Shown here one piece after another: positions 9,439 to 19,387 of a stretch of 64,000 nt of DNA. A model generated the notes under the pieces. It saw nothing but the letters and a program-made list of their open reading frames with translations, had not been told where the DNA came from and searched no databases. Within the stretch, counting starts at the first letter, position 1. The number at the start of each line of letters is the position of its first letter. Origin of the DNA: Cypionkella sp. (GTDB lineage Bacteria > Pseudomonadota > Alphaproteobacteria > Rhodobacterales > Rhodobacteraceae); contig OZ252107.1 in NCBI GenBank assembly GCA_965248485.1, forward strand, positions 36,199 to 100,198, given 5' to 3'. Made by a program: the position numbers and the translations under genes.

Positions 9439-10998
9439 TTACGCGGCCTTTCCTTTGGTCTTGCGGGCCGTCTCGCCCGTTTCCTTGCCCTTTAGGATCA
9501 GGGCCATGATTTTTTCCTGTGACGCCTCTTCGCGGGTCAATTCCCCCACAATCGCGCCTTCGTTCATCACATAAATGCGGTCGCACATGCCCAAAAGCTC
9601 GGGCATTTCGGACGAGATCATCAAAACGCCGCGCCCCTGATCGGCAAGGTCGTTCATAATGGAATAAATCTCAAACTTTGCGCCCACATCAATGCCGCGC
9701 GTTGGTTCATCCAAGATCAGCACTTGCGGATCGGTGAACAGCCATTTCGACAGCACGACCTTTTGCTGATTGCCGCCCGACAGGTTGACAACCTTTTGAA
9801 ACACCGACGGTGTGCGGATAGCCAGTTGTTCGCGGTAGCCATCGGCCACTTGGGTTTCGCGCCGCGCGTCCAGAACGCCGCGCGTGGAAATCCCCTCAAG
9901 GTTTGCCAGCGAGATGTTGCGCACAATCGGCTCTTCCAGCACCAGCCCCAGCGATTTGCGGTCTTCGGTCACATAGGACAGGCCCGCCTGGATCGCCGCT
10001 GTAACAGTGCTGCAATCCACCGCGCGCCCCGCCATTTTGACGCTGCCCGAAATATTCTTGCCGTAACTGCGGCCAAACAGGCTCATCGCCAGTTCGGTGC
10101 GCCCGGTGCCCATCAGCCCCGCGATGCCGACAATCTCGCCCTTGCGAACATTCAGCGCCACATTCTTAATCATCTGCCGCCCCGCCTGTTCGGGGTGCCA
10201 AACGTTCCAATCCGCCACTTCCAACAGCACATCGCCCACCTTCGGGCTGCGCGCGGGATAGCGGTTGGCCATATCGCGGCCCACCATATCGCGGATGATG
10301 CGGTCTTCGGTGATGTCAGATTTATCTAGCGTCGAGATGGACGCCCCATCGCGGATAACCGTCACGCGATCAGCTACACGATTGATTTCATTCAGTTTAT
10401 GCGAAATGATGATCGAGGTGACGCCCTGCGCCTTGAGTTCCAAAAGCAAATCGAGCAGCTTTTGGCTGTCATTTTCCTGCAAGGCGGCGGTGGGTTCGTC
10501 CAAAATCAACAGGCGCACGTTTTTCGCCAGCGCCTTTGCAATTTCGATCAGTTGCTGTTTGCCAACGCCCAGCTTTTCCACCTTGGTCGTCGGCGCATCG
10601 GTTAGGCCAACCTTCGCCAGCAAGCTTTCGGTTTTCTGGAAGGTCTCGGGCCAAGAGATAACCCCGCGACCAGCCACTTCGTTGCCCAAAAACAAGTTTT
10701 CGGCAATCGACAACAGCGGCACCAGCGCCAGTTCTTGGTGAATGATGATAATGCCCTTGGCTTCCGAATCGCGGATGGATCGGTTGGCCAGCACAGCGCC
10801 ATCATAGATGATTTCGCCCTCATAACTGCCAATCGGATAAATGCCCGACAGCACCTTCATCAGGGTGGATTTGCCCGCACCGTTTTCGCCGCAAATGGCG
10901 TGAATCTCGCCCGTCTCGACCGTCAGCGTGACATTGTCCAGCGCGCGAACGCCCGGGAAGATCTTGGTGATCCCCCGCATTTCCAAAAGTGCTGCCAT
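9439..10998 (-). CDS. gguA: Multiple-monosaccharide ABC transporter ATP-binding protein with two ABC domains (GguA/MmsA)
   Basis: [14 protein letters not shown] twice, [19 protein letters not shown]. Confidence 0.93.
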   Translation of the reverse strand: MAALLEMRGITKIFPGVRALDNVTLTVETGEIHAICGENGAGKSTLMKVLSGIYPIGSYEGEIIYDGAVLANRSIRDSEAKGIIIIHQELALVPLLSIAENLFLGNEVAGRGVISWPETFQKTESLLAKVGLTDAPTTKVEKLGVGKQQLIEIAKALAKNVRLLILDEPTAALQENDSQKLLDLLLELKAQGVTSIIISHKLNEINRVADRVTVIRDGASISTLDKSDITEDRIIRDMVGRDMANRYPARSPKVGDVLLEVADWNVWHPEQAGRQMIKNVALNVRKGEIVGIAGLMGTGRTELAMSLFGRSYGKNISGSVKMAGRAVDCSTVTAAIQAGLSYVTEDRKSLGLVLEEPIVRNISLANLEGISTRGVLDARRETQVADGYREQLAIRTPSVFQKVVNLSGGNQQKVVLSKWLFTDPQVLILDEPTRGIDVGAKFEIYSIMNDLADQGRGVLMISSEMPELLGMCDRIYVMNEGAIVGELTREEASQEKIMALILKGKETGETARKTKGKAA

Positions 10999-11056
10999 GT
11001 TTCCCCCCAAGGTCTGTGCCCGCCCTGATAGGGACAAGGCGGGCACAGAGGTCGTG

Positions 11057-12127
11057 TTACTTCAGTTGGTCAGCGGTGTAATAGCCCGACCCAACCAGCA
11101 CTTCTTCATAGTTGCCAACGTTCACGGAAACAGGCTCTAGCAGATAGGAAGGCACCACTTTCACGCCGTTGTCATAGGTTTTGGTGTCGTTGATTTCAGG
11201 CTCGCCGCCCGACAGCAATGCGTCCACCATCTTCACCGTCACGCCAGCCAGCGTGCGGGTGTCTTTGAACACTGTCGAATACTGCTCGCCCGCGATCATC
11301 GATTTGACCGATGGCACTTCGGCGTCTTGACCCGTGACGATTGGCATCTTCAAATCGCCCGAACCATAACCCACGCCTTTCAGCGAGGACAAGATACCGA
11401 TGGACAGCCCATCATAAGGCGACAGCGCGCCGTGGATTTGCTTATCGCCATAGTTGGCCGACAGGATGTTATCCATACGGGCCTGTGCCACAGCACCATC
11501 CCAACGCAGCGTGCCGACAACGTCCATGCCAACCTGGCCTGAACCGATGACGATATCGCCAGCGTCGATCATTGGCTGCAGAACCGACATCGCGCCATCA
11601 TAGAAGAAGAAGGCGTTGTTATCGTCTGGGCTGCCGCCGAACAGTTCCACGTTCCAAGGCTTCACATCGCCAAAACGCTCTTTCAAACCGTCAACAAGGC
11701 TGGTCGCCTGCTGCACGCCGACCTTAAAGTTATCAAAGGTCGCGTAATAGTCGACATTGCCCGAATCGCGGATCAGGCGGTCATAGGCGATAACCTTGAT
11801 GCCTGCGGCTGCGGCGTTGTCCAACGCGTTCGACAGGGTTGTGCCGTCAATCGCAGCGATAACCAGAACTTTCACGCCCTTGGTGATCATGTTTTCAATC
11901 TGGGCCAACTGGTTTGGAATGTCATCCTCTGCATATTGCAGATCGGTGCCATAGCCCGCTTCGGTGAATTGCTTCACCATCGAATCACCGTCCGAAATCC
12001 AACGGGCCGAAGATTTGGTTGGCATCGAAATGCCGATGGTGCCTTTGTCTTGTGCAAAAGCTGCGGGTGCGCCGATCACGGATGCAGCAACGCCCAGCGC
12101 CAAAAGCGCGCGTCTGGATAGTGTCAT
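11057..12127 (-). CDS. chvE: Multiple-monosaccharide-binding periplasmic protein ChvE
   Basis: [49 protein letters not shown]; N-terminal signal peptide; SD GGGAGG. Confidence 0.95.
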   Translation of the reverse strand: MTLSRRALLALGVAASVIGAPAAFAQDKGTIGISMPTKSSARWISDGDSMVKQFTEAGYGTDLQYAEDDIPNQLAQIENMITKGVKVLVIAAIDGTTLSNALDNAAAAGIKVIAYDRLIRDSGNVDYYATFDNFKVGVQQATSLVDGLKERFGDVKPWNVELFGGSPDDNNAFFFYDGAMSVLQPMIDAGDIVIGSGQVGMDVVGTLRWDGAVAQARMDNILSANYGDKQIHGALSPYDGLSIGILSSLKGVGYGSGDLKMPIVTGQDAEVPSVKSMIAGEQYSTVFKDTRTLAGVTVKMVDALLSGGEPEINDTKTYDNGVKVVPSYLLEPVSVNVGNYEEVLVGSGYYTADQLK

Positions 12128-12257
12128 GGTTCCTCCCATTGTCGCAATGCGACTGACAATCAACCTGCGGGCCTATGCCCCAAGGTGGACGCAGTCTTGC
12201 CATTGCCACATATATCCGTCAAATCATGTTTCATCATAGATATATATCGGAAATGGT

Positions 12258-13214
12258 ATGCCAAACCCGAATCTGCAAAACGCATTGGTGGCACGAGGGT
12301 TAAAGCTGTCGCATCTGCGGATGATGGCGGCCTTTGCCGATACCGCCCATATTGGACAGGCGGCCTATGCCATTGGCATCACGCAGCCCGCCGCCTCGCG
12401 CCTACTGGCCGAGGTGGAAAAAATCTGCGGTTACGCCGTGCATATAAGATCGGGGCGCGGGGTGGAGTTGACCGAGGTGGGCAGCGCCCTTGCCACCCGC
12501 GCCGCGCGGATTTTGATCGAGCTGCGCGACACCGCCCGCGAAGTGGACGAGTTTGGCAAAGGCAGCGTCGGCCAAGTTGCAATCGGCGCAGTGACCGCCC
12601 CCGCGCTGGATATTGTCCTGCCCGCCGTGCGCGAGGCGCGCTTTGCCTATCCGAATATTCAAATCGACGTTGCCGTTTCGCCTTCGGATATCTTGTTCAG
12701 CCAGTTGGTTCAGGGAAAGCTGGATTTCATCATTGCCCGTATTCCTGCAGGGGCCGATGCAAGCGCCGTCTTCGCCCAAGAAGTGGCGGGCGAGCCTGTG
12801 GAATTGGTCGTTCGCAGATCGCATCCCTTGGCGAAAACGGCGGCGCTGACGATAAAGGATCTGGCCGCGTTTGACTGGGTTTTGCCCAGCCGTGGCAACC
12901 CGATGGCCGATGCCGTCTTGGCCCATTTTGCGCGCCTTGGCTATCCGCCGCCCAGCCAGCGATTGACCACCTCTTCCTTTTTGCTGACCCTTGCCTTGCT
13001 GCAACAAAGCAATGCCATTGCGCCCTTGTCATCCGCCGTTGCGGCGCAGTTCGCGGGCGATGAAGATGGGGCCTTGGTGCGGCTGAAAATTGACTTTGGC
13101 ATAGCTGTATCCCCGTTTAGCATCATCACGCGCGCGGCGGGGCCAATGCCGCTGGCGGCACGAAACGTTTTAGACATTCTGCACGGGCTTTTGGCGCGGC
13201 AAAATAGTCTCTAA
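12258..13214 (+). CDS. gbpR: LysR family regulator, GbpR-like, divergent from chvE
   Basis: N-terminal HTH (ITQPAASRLLAEVE) and LysR substrate-binding domain; same divergent position as gbpR-chvE in Agrobacterium. Confidence 0.8.
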   Translation: MPNPNLQNALVARGLKLSHLRMMAAFADTAHIGQAAYAIGITQPAASRLLAEVEKICGYAVHIRSGRGVELTEVGSALATRAARILIELRDTAREVDEFGKGSVGQVAIGAVTAPALDIVLPAVREARFAYPNIQIDVAVSPSDILFSQLVQGKLDFIIARIPAGADASAVFAQEVAGEPVELVVRRSHPLAKTAALTIKDLAAFDWVLPSRGNPMADAVLAHFARLGYPPPSQRLTTSSFLLTLALLQQSNAIAPLSSAVAAQFAGDEDGALVRLKIDFGIAVSPFSIITRAAGPMPLAARNVLDILHGLLARQNSL

Positions 13215-14152
13215 AGCAGCCGATAGATACTGTTTTCAATCTGGCGGATCATATCAGACTGACCCGCAGCGCCCATTTTGGCGTAGATTTGTTTGGAATA
13301 ATACCGCGCGGTTTCCAGCGTAAACTGCAACGCCGCCCCCGCCTGGGCGATTGATTTTCCTTGCGCCAATTCGGCTGCAAATCGGGCCTCGGTTGGTGTC
13401 AATGAAAATAGCTCGGCAAGCAATGGTGCGGCACTTTCGACGGTGGACTTACGGGCCTTCAGATATAGAATCGCTGCGGCATGATGCCCCGAAAACGGCA
13501 CCAAAAGCACCTGTGTTTCCCCGACTTGGGCGGCCAGTGGCGCAGTGGTTTTCCACGCAACATAGCCCTCGATCCGCTGGTCAATTTGGCGCAGCGCAGG
13601 GGCTGGCAAGCGCAGTCTGCCGCCCAAGATAAGGGGCGATGCCGGCCCCTCGCTGACCAAAGTTGGTTGCGCATCTGGCCCCAACAGCGCCCATGACAGA
13701 CCCTGCCGCGCGGCCATATCCTGCGCCGCAGATTGGGCCGCGCGCAGCCGCTGTCGCTGCCAATACTGCGCCACGGCCAGCGCCACATGCGGTGCAAGAC
13801 TGCCCAGCAAAACCGATGTTGCGGCGGTAAAATCCTCGCCTTCGCGGGCGACAATCACCCATGCTTCGCCACCACCTTCGACCCGCGTGCGCAGGGCGCG
13901 AAACGGGTGCGGCATCGCAAAATCATCCCCAGAATAGGGCCGCAGATAGCGCATCCGCGCCCGTGTTTCGGGCGGCAAAGGCGCATCGCTCAGACCAAAG
14001 GCTTCGCTAGCCGCCCCATCTCCTTGCAGCACAAGATGCGCCGATTTTGCCCCAACCCGCTGCCGCAAGGCGTTTAGAAACCCCGTCCAGCCAGAGGTGT
14101 CCTGCCCGCTTCGATACAGGGCCAATAGAATATCGGTGTCTTCCGCTCTCAT
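13211..14152 (-). CDS. Transcriptional regulator with C-terminal LuxR-type helix-turn-helix
   Basis: C-terminal [44 protein letters not shown]; no receiver domain and no clear AHL-binding motif. Confidence 0.8.
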   Translation of the reverse strand: MRAEDTDILLALYRSGQDTSGWTGFLNALRQRVGAKSAHLVLQGDGAASEAFGLSDAPLPPETRARMRYLRPYSGDDFAMPHPFRALRTRVEGGGEAWVIVAREGEDFTAATSVLLGSLAPHVALAVAQYWQRQRLRAAQSAAQDMAARQGLSWALLGPDAQPTLVSEGPASPLILGGRLRLPAPALRQIDQRIEGYVAWKTTAPLAAQVGETQVLLVPFSGHHAAAILYLKARKSTVESAAPLLAELFSLTPTEARFAAELAQGKSIAQAGAALQFTLETARYYSKQIYAKMGAAGQSDMIRQIENSIYRLL

Positions 14153-14171
14153 GCCGCAAAAATACCACAAA

Positions 14172-14191
14172 TACCCCCCATATGGGAGGTA
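14172..14191. promoter_or_regulatory. 20-bp near-perfect palindrome TACCCCCCAT-ATGGGAGGTA, putative operator between the LuxR-type gene and cysD
   Basis: 9 of 10 positions pair; located in the 90-bp divergent intergenic region. Confidence 0.65.
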
Positions 14192-14242
14192 AATTTTCCG
14201 CCCTGCAGCCTAAATGCAGCAAAAATCAATCGCGAGCGCGTT

Positions 14243-15145
14243 ATGACAACATCCCTAACCCATCTGCGCCGCCTCGAGGCGGAATCGATCCACATCATGC
14301 GTGAGGTGGTGGCCGAGGCTGAAAAGCCTGTCATGCTGTATTCTGTCGGCAAGGACAGCGCCGTGATGCTGCATTTGGCGAAAAAGGCGTTTTTTCCCGC
14401 CCCGCCGCCCTTTCCGCTGTTGCATGTCGATACAACGTGGAAATTCCGCGACATGTATGCGCTGCGCGACCGCGCGGCCCGCGCCGCTGGGATGGAACTG
14501 CTGGTTTATCAAAACCCCGAAGCGTTGGAAAAGGGCATCAACCCCTTTGACCACGGGCCGCTGCACACCGATATGTGGAAAACCGAAGGCCTGAAACAGG
14601 CGCTAGACCTGCACGGGTTTGACGCAGCCTTTGGCGGTGCGCGCCGCGACGAAGAGAAGTCCCGCGCCAAGGAACGGGTGTTTTCGTTCCGCACCACCAA
14701 CCACCGCTGGGACCCGAAAAATCAGCGCCCCGAACTTTGGCACCTGTATAACGCCCGCAAAGCCAAGGGCGAATCGATGCGCGTGTTCCCAATTTCCAAC
14801 TGGACGGAGTTGGACATTTGGCAATATATCCATCTGGAAGGCATTGAAATTGTTCCGCTTTATTTCAGCGCCCCGCGCCCCACGGTGGAACGTGACGGGC
14901 TGACGCTGATGGTGGATGATGACCGCTTTCCGCTGAACCCCGGCGAGACCCCCGTAATGAAATCCATCCGTTTCCGCACGCTGGGCTGTTACCCGCTGAC
15001 GGGCGCTGTGGAAAGCAATGCCAAGACCCTGCCCGAAGTCATCCAAGAAATGCTACTGACCACTACATCCGAACGCCAAGGCCGCGCGATTGACAAAGAC
15101 CAGGCCGCCAGCATGGAGAAGAAGAAACAAGAGGGGTATTTCTGA
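14243..15145 (+). CDS. cysD: Sulfate adenylyltransferase subunit 2
   Basis: [54 protein letters not shown]. Confidence 0.97.
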   Translation: MTTSLTHLRRLEAESIHIMREVVAEAEKPVMLYSVGKDSAVMLHLAKKAFFPAPPPFPLLHVDTTWKFRDMYALRDRAARAAGMELLVYQNPEALEKGINPFDHGPLHTDMWKTEGLKQALDLHGFDAAFGGARRDEEKSRAKERVFSFRTTNHRWDPKNQRPELWHLYNARKAKGESMRVFPISNWTELDIWQYIHLEGIEIVPLYFSAPRPTVERDGLTLMVDDDRFPLNPGETPVMKSIRFRTLGCYPLTGAVESNAKTLPEVIQEMLLTTTSERQGRAIDKDQAASMEKKKQEGYF

Positions 15146-17043
15146 TGTCGCAGATTTACAAAACCGACGATCTGATCGCACAAGACATCGACGCCTATCT
15201 GGACATGCACCAGCACAAAACGATGCTGCGGTTTATCACTTGCGGTTCGGTCGATGATGGCAAATCCACCCTGATTGGCCGCCTTTTGTATGACAGCAAG
15301 ATGATCTTTGAAGACCAACTTGCCACGCTAGAGGCCGACAGCAAACGTGTCGGCACCCAAGGCCAAGAGATCGACTTTGCCCTTTTGGTCGATGGTCTTG
15401 CCGCCGAGCGCGAGCAAGGCATCACCATTGACGTGGCTTACCGTTTCTTTGCCACCGAAAAGCGCAAGTTTATCGTGGCCGACACCCCCGGGCACGAACA
15501 ATACACCCGCAATATGGTGACGGGCGCATCAACTGCCGACCTGGCGGTTATCTTGATTGACGCGCGCAAAGGCGTGCTGACCCAGACGCGCCGCCACAGC
15601 TATTTGGTGAAACTGATCGGTATCAAAAACGTGGTGCTGGCAGTGAACAAAATGGATTTGGTCGGCTATGATCAGGCCACCTATGACGCCATTGTCGCCG
15701 ATTATACTGCCTTTGCCACCAGCATCGGCATCACCCAGTTTACCCCGATGCCGATTTCGGGGTTCAAGGGCGATAACATCACTGCAAACAGCGAAAACAT
15801 GGCGTGGTATAAGGGCCCTGCCCTGCTGCCGCATCTGGAAACGGTCGAGGTGGACGCCACCTCTGACCAAGCCAAACCGTTCCGTATGCCCGTGCAATGG
15901 GTCAACCGACCGAACCTTGATTTTCGCGGCTTTGCGGGGCTGATCGCCACAGGAACCATTGCGCAAGGCGACGAAATTCGCGTGCTGCCTTCGGGCAAAA
16001 CCAGCACCATCGCGCGCATCGTCACGCTGGACGGTGATCTGCCGCGCGCCGTTGCAGGCCAATCGGTGACGCTGTGCTTTGCCGATGAAATCGACTGTTC
16101 GCGCGGGCAAGTGATCACCGCTGCTGCCGCGCCCTGCGAGGTTTCGGATCAGTTTGAAACCACTTTGGTCTGGATGGACGAGGCCGAAATGCTGCCCGGC
16201 CGCCCCTATTGGCTGAAGATCGGCACGCAAACCGTGTCGGCCACGGTGGGGCATCCGAAATATCAGGTGAACGTCAACACGATGGAGCATTTGGCCGCTA
16301 AGACATTGGATCTAAACGCAATCGGCGTGTGCAACATCACCACAGACCGCGCGATTCCCTTCGAATCCTATGCCGACAACCGCGATCTGGGCGGTTTTAT
16401 CCTGATTGATAAGATGACCAATGCCACCGTTGCGGCGGGGATGATTCATTTCTCGCTGCGGCGCGCACAAAACGTGCATTGGCAGGCCACCGACATCTCG
16501 CGCGATCATCACGCGGGTATGAAAAACCAAAAACCCGCCGTGCTGTGGCTGACGGGTCTATCGGGCGCGGGCAAATCGACGATTGCGAATATCGTTGAAC
16601 GCAAACTGGCGCGGATGAACCGCCATACCTTCCTGCTGGATGGCGATAATGTGCGCCACGGGCTGAACAAGGACTTAGGTTTTACCGATGCCGACCGCGT
16701 GGAAAACATCCGCCGCGTGGGCGAAGTGGCCAAGCTGATGACGGATGCGGGGCTGATTGTGATCACGGCCTTCATCTCGCCGTTCAGGGCCGAGCGGAAC
16801 ATGGTGCGCGCGATGATGCAACCGGGCGAGTTTGTGGAAATTCACATCGACACCACCTTGGACGAGGCGGAAAAGCGCGATGTGAAGGGCCTGTATAAAA
16901 AGGCGCGCGCAGGGCAACTCAAGAACTTTACGGGCATCGACAGCCCCTATGAAGCGCCTGAAAACCCCGAAATGCGGATTGATACCACCAAACTTTCCGC
17001 TGAAGAGGCCGCAGATGCCATTATCGCACGGCTGATTCCCTAA
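15145..17043 (+). CDS. cysNC: Bifunctional sulfate adenylyltransferase subunit 1 / adenylylsulfate kinase (CysNC, NodQ-type fusion)
   Basis: GTPase motifs [28 protein letters not shown], then APS kinase [31 protein letters not shown]; start overlaps the cysD stop. Confidence 0.96.
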   Translation: MSQIYKTDDLIAQDIDAYLDMHQHKTMLRFITCGSVDDGKSTLIGRLLYDSKMIFEDQLATLEADSKRVGTQGQEIDFALLVDGLAAEREQGITIDVAYRFFATEKRKFIVADTPGHEQYTRNMVTGASTADLAVILIDARKGVLTQTRRHSYLVKLIGIKNVVLAVNKMDLVGYDQATYDAIVADYTAFATSIGITQFTPMPISGFKGDNITANSENMAWYKGPALLPHLETVEVDATSDQAKPFRMPVQWVNRPNLDFRGFAGLIATGTIAQGDEIRVLPSGKTSTIARIVTLDGDLPRAVAGQSVTLCFADEIDCSRGQVITAAAAPCEVSDQFETTLVWMDEAEMLPGRPYWLKIGTQTVSATVGHPKYQVNVNTMEHLAAKTLDLNAIGVCNITTDRAIPFESYADNRDLGGFILIDKMTNATVAAGMIHFSLRRAQNVHWQATDISRDHHAGMKNQKPAVLWLTGLSGAGKSTIANIVERKLARMNRHTFLLDGDNVRHGLNKDLGFTDADRVENIRRVGEVAKLMTDAGLIVITAFISPFRAERNMVRAMMQPGEFVEIHIDTTLDEAEKRDVKGLYKKARAGQLKNFTGIDSPYEAPENPEMRIDTTKLSAEEAADAIIARLIP

Positions 17044-17069
17044 GCGCGCGAATCACCCCAAAAGCAAAG

Positions 17070-17096
17070 GCCCGCAAGGAAACTTGCGGGCTTTTT
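17070..17096 (+). terminator. Intrinsic terminator after cysNC
   Basis: GCCCGCAAG-GAAA-CTTGCGGGC 9-bp stem followed by TTTTT. Confidence 0.85.
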
Positions 17097-17152
17097 CAAT
17101 GCGTTGGGTAATGGTCTGAAACCGAATCACCCGCAAAAATGATGGGCTTAGC

Positions 17153-17191
17153 GCAAAAGAAAAGGGTGGCTGAATGAACAGCCACCCTTTC
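17153..17191 (-). terminator. Intrinsic terminator of the small minus-strand gene
   Basis: Minus strand AAAGGGTGGCTG-TTCATT-CAGCCACCCTTT followed by TCTTTT. Confidence 0.85.
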
Positions 17192-17208
17192 TATTGGTCA
17201 AACAAGAA

Positions 17209-17388
17209 TTACTTCTTGGTTGCAGCCACTGCCAGAGCAACCAGCAGCAACAGGGGAACCAAGTAGCCACCGCCCGAAGACGACGACGACTTAACAGCAG
17301 CAGGAGCTGCCATTGGTTCAGCAACGCCGCCAGCGAAAGCGGAGGTAGCAGCAACCGACAGAGCGGCAGCAAGAGCGATCTTTTTCAT
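17209..17388 (-). CDS. 59-aa secreted, C-terminally membrane-anchored small protein (absent from the ORF track)
   Basis: Translates to MKKIALAAALSVAATSAFAGGVAEPMAAPAAVKSSSSSGGGYLVPLLLLVALAVAATKK; SD GGAG upstream; own terminator; strongly biased codons. Confidence 0.88.
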   Translation of the reverse strand: MKKIALAAALSVAATSAFAGGVAEPMAAPAAVKSSSSSGGGYLVPLLLLVALAVAATKK

Positions 17389-17538
17389 AGTTTATCTCCA
17401 GTTTTCTGCATGTCGCCGATTTTTGCAGAGGCGACGACACACACCCAAGACTATTCCTCGTGCACCCTGATTACCCCGCCTCGAACGCAAAATGCAATGC
17501 GGTATTGGGCAAAAAACATCGGTTGCGCCATGATGTCG

Positions 17539-18150
17539 TCAAATTAGCAACACTTGTGTGCCAACTTTGGCCAATCCGAACAGTTCTTGGATGTGTTCGT
17601 TATACAGGCCGATGCATCCGTTCGATGACCTGCGGCCAATTTTGCGCGTATCGTGGGTGCCATGGATTCGATAATAGGTCCAACCCAGATATAAAGCGTG
17701 TGTTCCCAAAGGGTTCTCTGGCGCGCCACCTTCAACGACATCTGGCCAGTCGGGATGGCGCTTTTTCATTTCGGGGGTAGGTCGCCATGTTGGGCCAACC
17801 ACTTTTTGCACGACATTGGTATGGCCTTTGCGCGTCAACTCGTCCGAAAGGGGCACCGACGTGGGGTAAAGGCGGTAAATCGCCTGATCTTCAGACCAAA
17901 AATGCAAAGCGCGCGAGTCGATATCGACCAAAATCGCGCCACTTTTTGTGTTGGAAAAATAATTTTGCCAATTCAGCATCCGAAACGCCGATATATTGTT
18001 GCGCGCTTGCCCGCGCGCTGCGTCCATTTCGGTGGTGTTATTTGGGAAAACCGTTTGCCCCATGGCAGGCAGCGCAACCGCGCCAAAACCCGCCGCGCCC
18101 ATAATAAGGGCGCTGCGCCGTGTCAGGCGCGCCGTCTTGTCAACGCTCAT
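17539..18150 (-). CDS. L,D-transpeptidase (YkuD/ErfK) with Tat signal
   Basis: TRRSAL twin-arginine leader; PTWRPTPEM, NPLG, YRIHGT...SSNGCIGL catalytic His/Cys; SD AAGGAG supports ATG 18150. Confidence 0.92.
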   Translation of the reverse strand: MSVDKTARLTRRSALIMGAAGFGAVALPAMGQTVFPNNTTEMDAARGQARNNISAFRMLNWQNYFSNTKSGAILVDIDSRALHFWSEDQAIYRLYPTSVPLSDELTRKGHTNVVQKVVGPTWRPTPEMKKRHPDWPDVVEGGAPENPLGTHALYLGWTYYRIHGTHDTRKIGRRSSNGCIGLYNEHIQELFGLAKVGTQVLLI

Positions 18151-18304
18151 TCGTTGATCTCCTTTTCTGCTCTGCCGCCCGCATAGCATTTTTCGCACCT
18201 CATCGCAATTCCCGCTTGTGCGGCCAAAGATCACTTTGATTTGTAACCGCACGAAAGACCCGCTAAAGCACTGTTGCAGACAAGCGATGGGTGCGGGTGA
18301 GCAA

Positions 18305-18820
18305 ATGAACAGACGAAACGCATTGGCCTTGGGCCTATCGGGGGCGCTGCTGGCGGCCTGTGGCGGTGCGGGCGCGCCCAGCCTTGGCGCGTCTAGCACC
18401 CGCAGGACGGGCATTTACAAGATCACCGATGCCCAAGCACAGGCCATTCCGTTTCGTGCGCTAGATGCGATCAACGCAGTGCGCACGCGCGCAAGCCTGC
18501 CCGTTTTGCAATTTAGCGCCGAATTGAACGCCGCGTCCCTGACCCATTCGCGCGATATGTCGGTGCAAAACCGCCCGTGGCATTTTGGATCAGACGGATC
18601 ATCGCCCCTGCTGCGCGCCCAGCGCGTCGGCTATACCCGCCCTTTTTTGGGCGAGCTGATCTCCGAAACCTTTGAGACAGAATTGCAAACCATCAACGCA
18701 TGGCTGCAAGACCCCAAAACGCGGGGGGTCATCCTTGACCCTGCCGCGGCCTATCTGGGCTTTGCATGGTATCAGGAATCCAACGGCAAAATCTGGTGGA
18801 CATTGATGACGGGCGCTTAG
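18305..18820 (+). CDS. CAP (SCP/Tpx-1/Ag5/PR-1) domain lipoprotein
   Basis: MNRR leader and LLAAC lipobox; INAVR...L..SAELNAAS..HSRDM...HFGSDGSSP..R, GELISE. Confidence 0.88.
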   Translation: MNRRNALALGLSGALLAACGGAGAPSLGASSTRRTGIYKITDAQAQAIPFRALDAINAVRTRASLPVLQFSAELNAASLTHSRDMSVQNRPWHFGSDGSSPLLRAQRVGYTRPFLGELISETFETELQTINAWLQDPKTRGVILDPAAAYLGFAWYQESNGKIWWTLMTGA

Positions 18821-18843
18821 CCCTGTGCGCTTAGTCTTATGCG

Positions 18844-19335
18844 CTAGGGATAAATATTGATCTGAACGCCTGGATTGACCATTGCGAAAATCTCTTCCAT
18901 CTCGCGGTCTTTCACGGCGATGCAGCCCGCCGTCCAATCGCGCCCCGCAAACCATTCCTTTGGCCCGCCGTGAATGAAAATATCCCCGCCAGGCCGTTTG
19001 TCTTGCGATTTGGCAAAGTCCTTATCCGCCTGATTCGGATAGCTTATTCCAAGTGACAGATGATAGGCCGAATTGGGATTGCGGTGCGTGATCAAATAGG
19101 CCCCTTCGGGGGTTTTGCCATCGCCTTCAAACTGTTTTGGCCCCACAGGGTTACCGCCCAGCCTGATTTTATAGGTTTTCAGCACCTTGCTGCCGCTTAA
19201 CAAATACATGCGGCGTTTGGCTTTTTGCACCTCGATCGCGGTGACTTCGGGGCCAGAATAGCGGCGAAACTTCGACCCGCAGCCTGCCAAGGCCGCGGCC
19301 GACGCCAATAGAAAAGTTCTTCTGCCAATCATCAT
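18844..19335 (-). CDS. YkuD-fold (YafK/DpaA-like) lipoprotein
   Basis: GRRTFLL leader and LAGC lipobox; KQFEGDGKTPEG, SLGISYPN, GGDIFIHG...WTAGCIA. Confidence 0.88.
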   Translation of the reverse strand: MMIGRRTFLLASAAALAGCGSKFRRYSGPEVTAIEVQKAKRRMYLLSGSKVLKTYKIRLGGNPVGPKQFEGDGKTPEGAYLITHRNPNSAYHLSLGISYPNQADKDFAKSQDKRPGGDIFIHGGPKEWFAGRDWTAGCIAVKDREMEEIFAMVNPGVQINIYP

Positions 19336-19387
19336 TCTGCTCGCTTTTTTCCGCGCATACAAAATCGCGCCCAATTTGACCAGAGCT

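Noticed and set aside
17049-17132. 10-bp direct repeat CGAATCACCC flanking the cysNC terminator
   Set aside because: Only two short copies, no matching repeat upstream of cysD, so it does not define an insertion boundary.
17194-17547. 117-aa Gln/Arg/Ser-rich plus-strand ORF, and the 74-aa minus ORF at 17148-17372
   Set aside because: Both are off-frame or antisense readings of the 59-aa gene, which alone has an SD, terminator and signal peptide.
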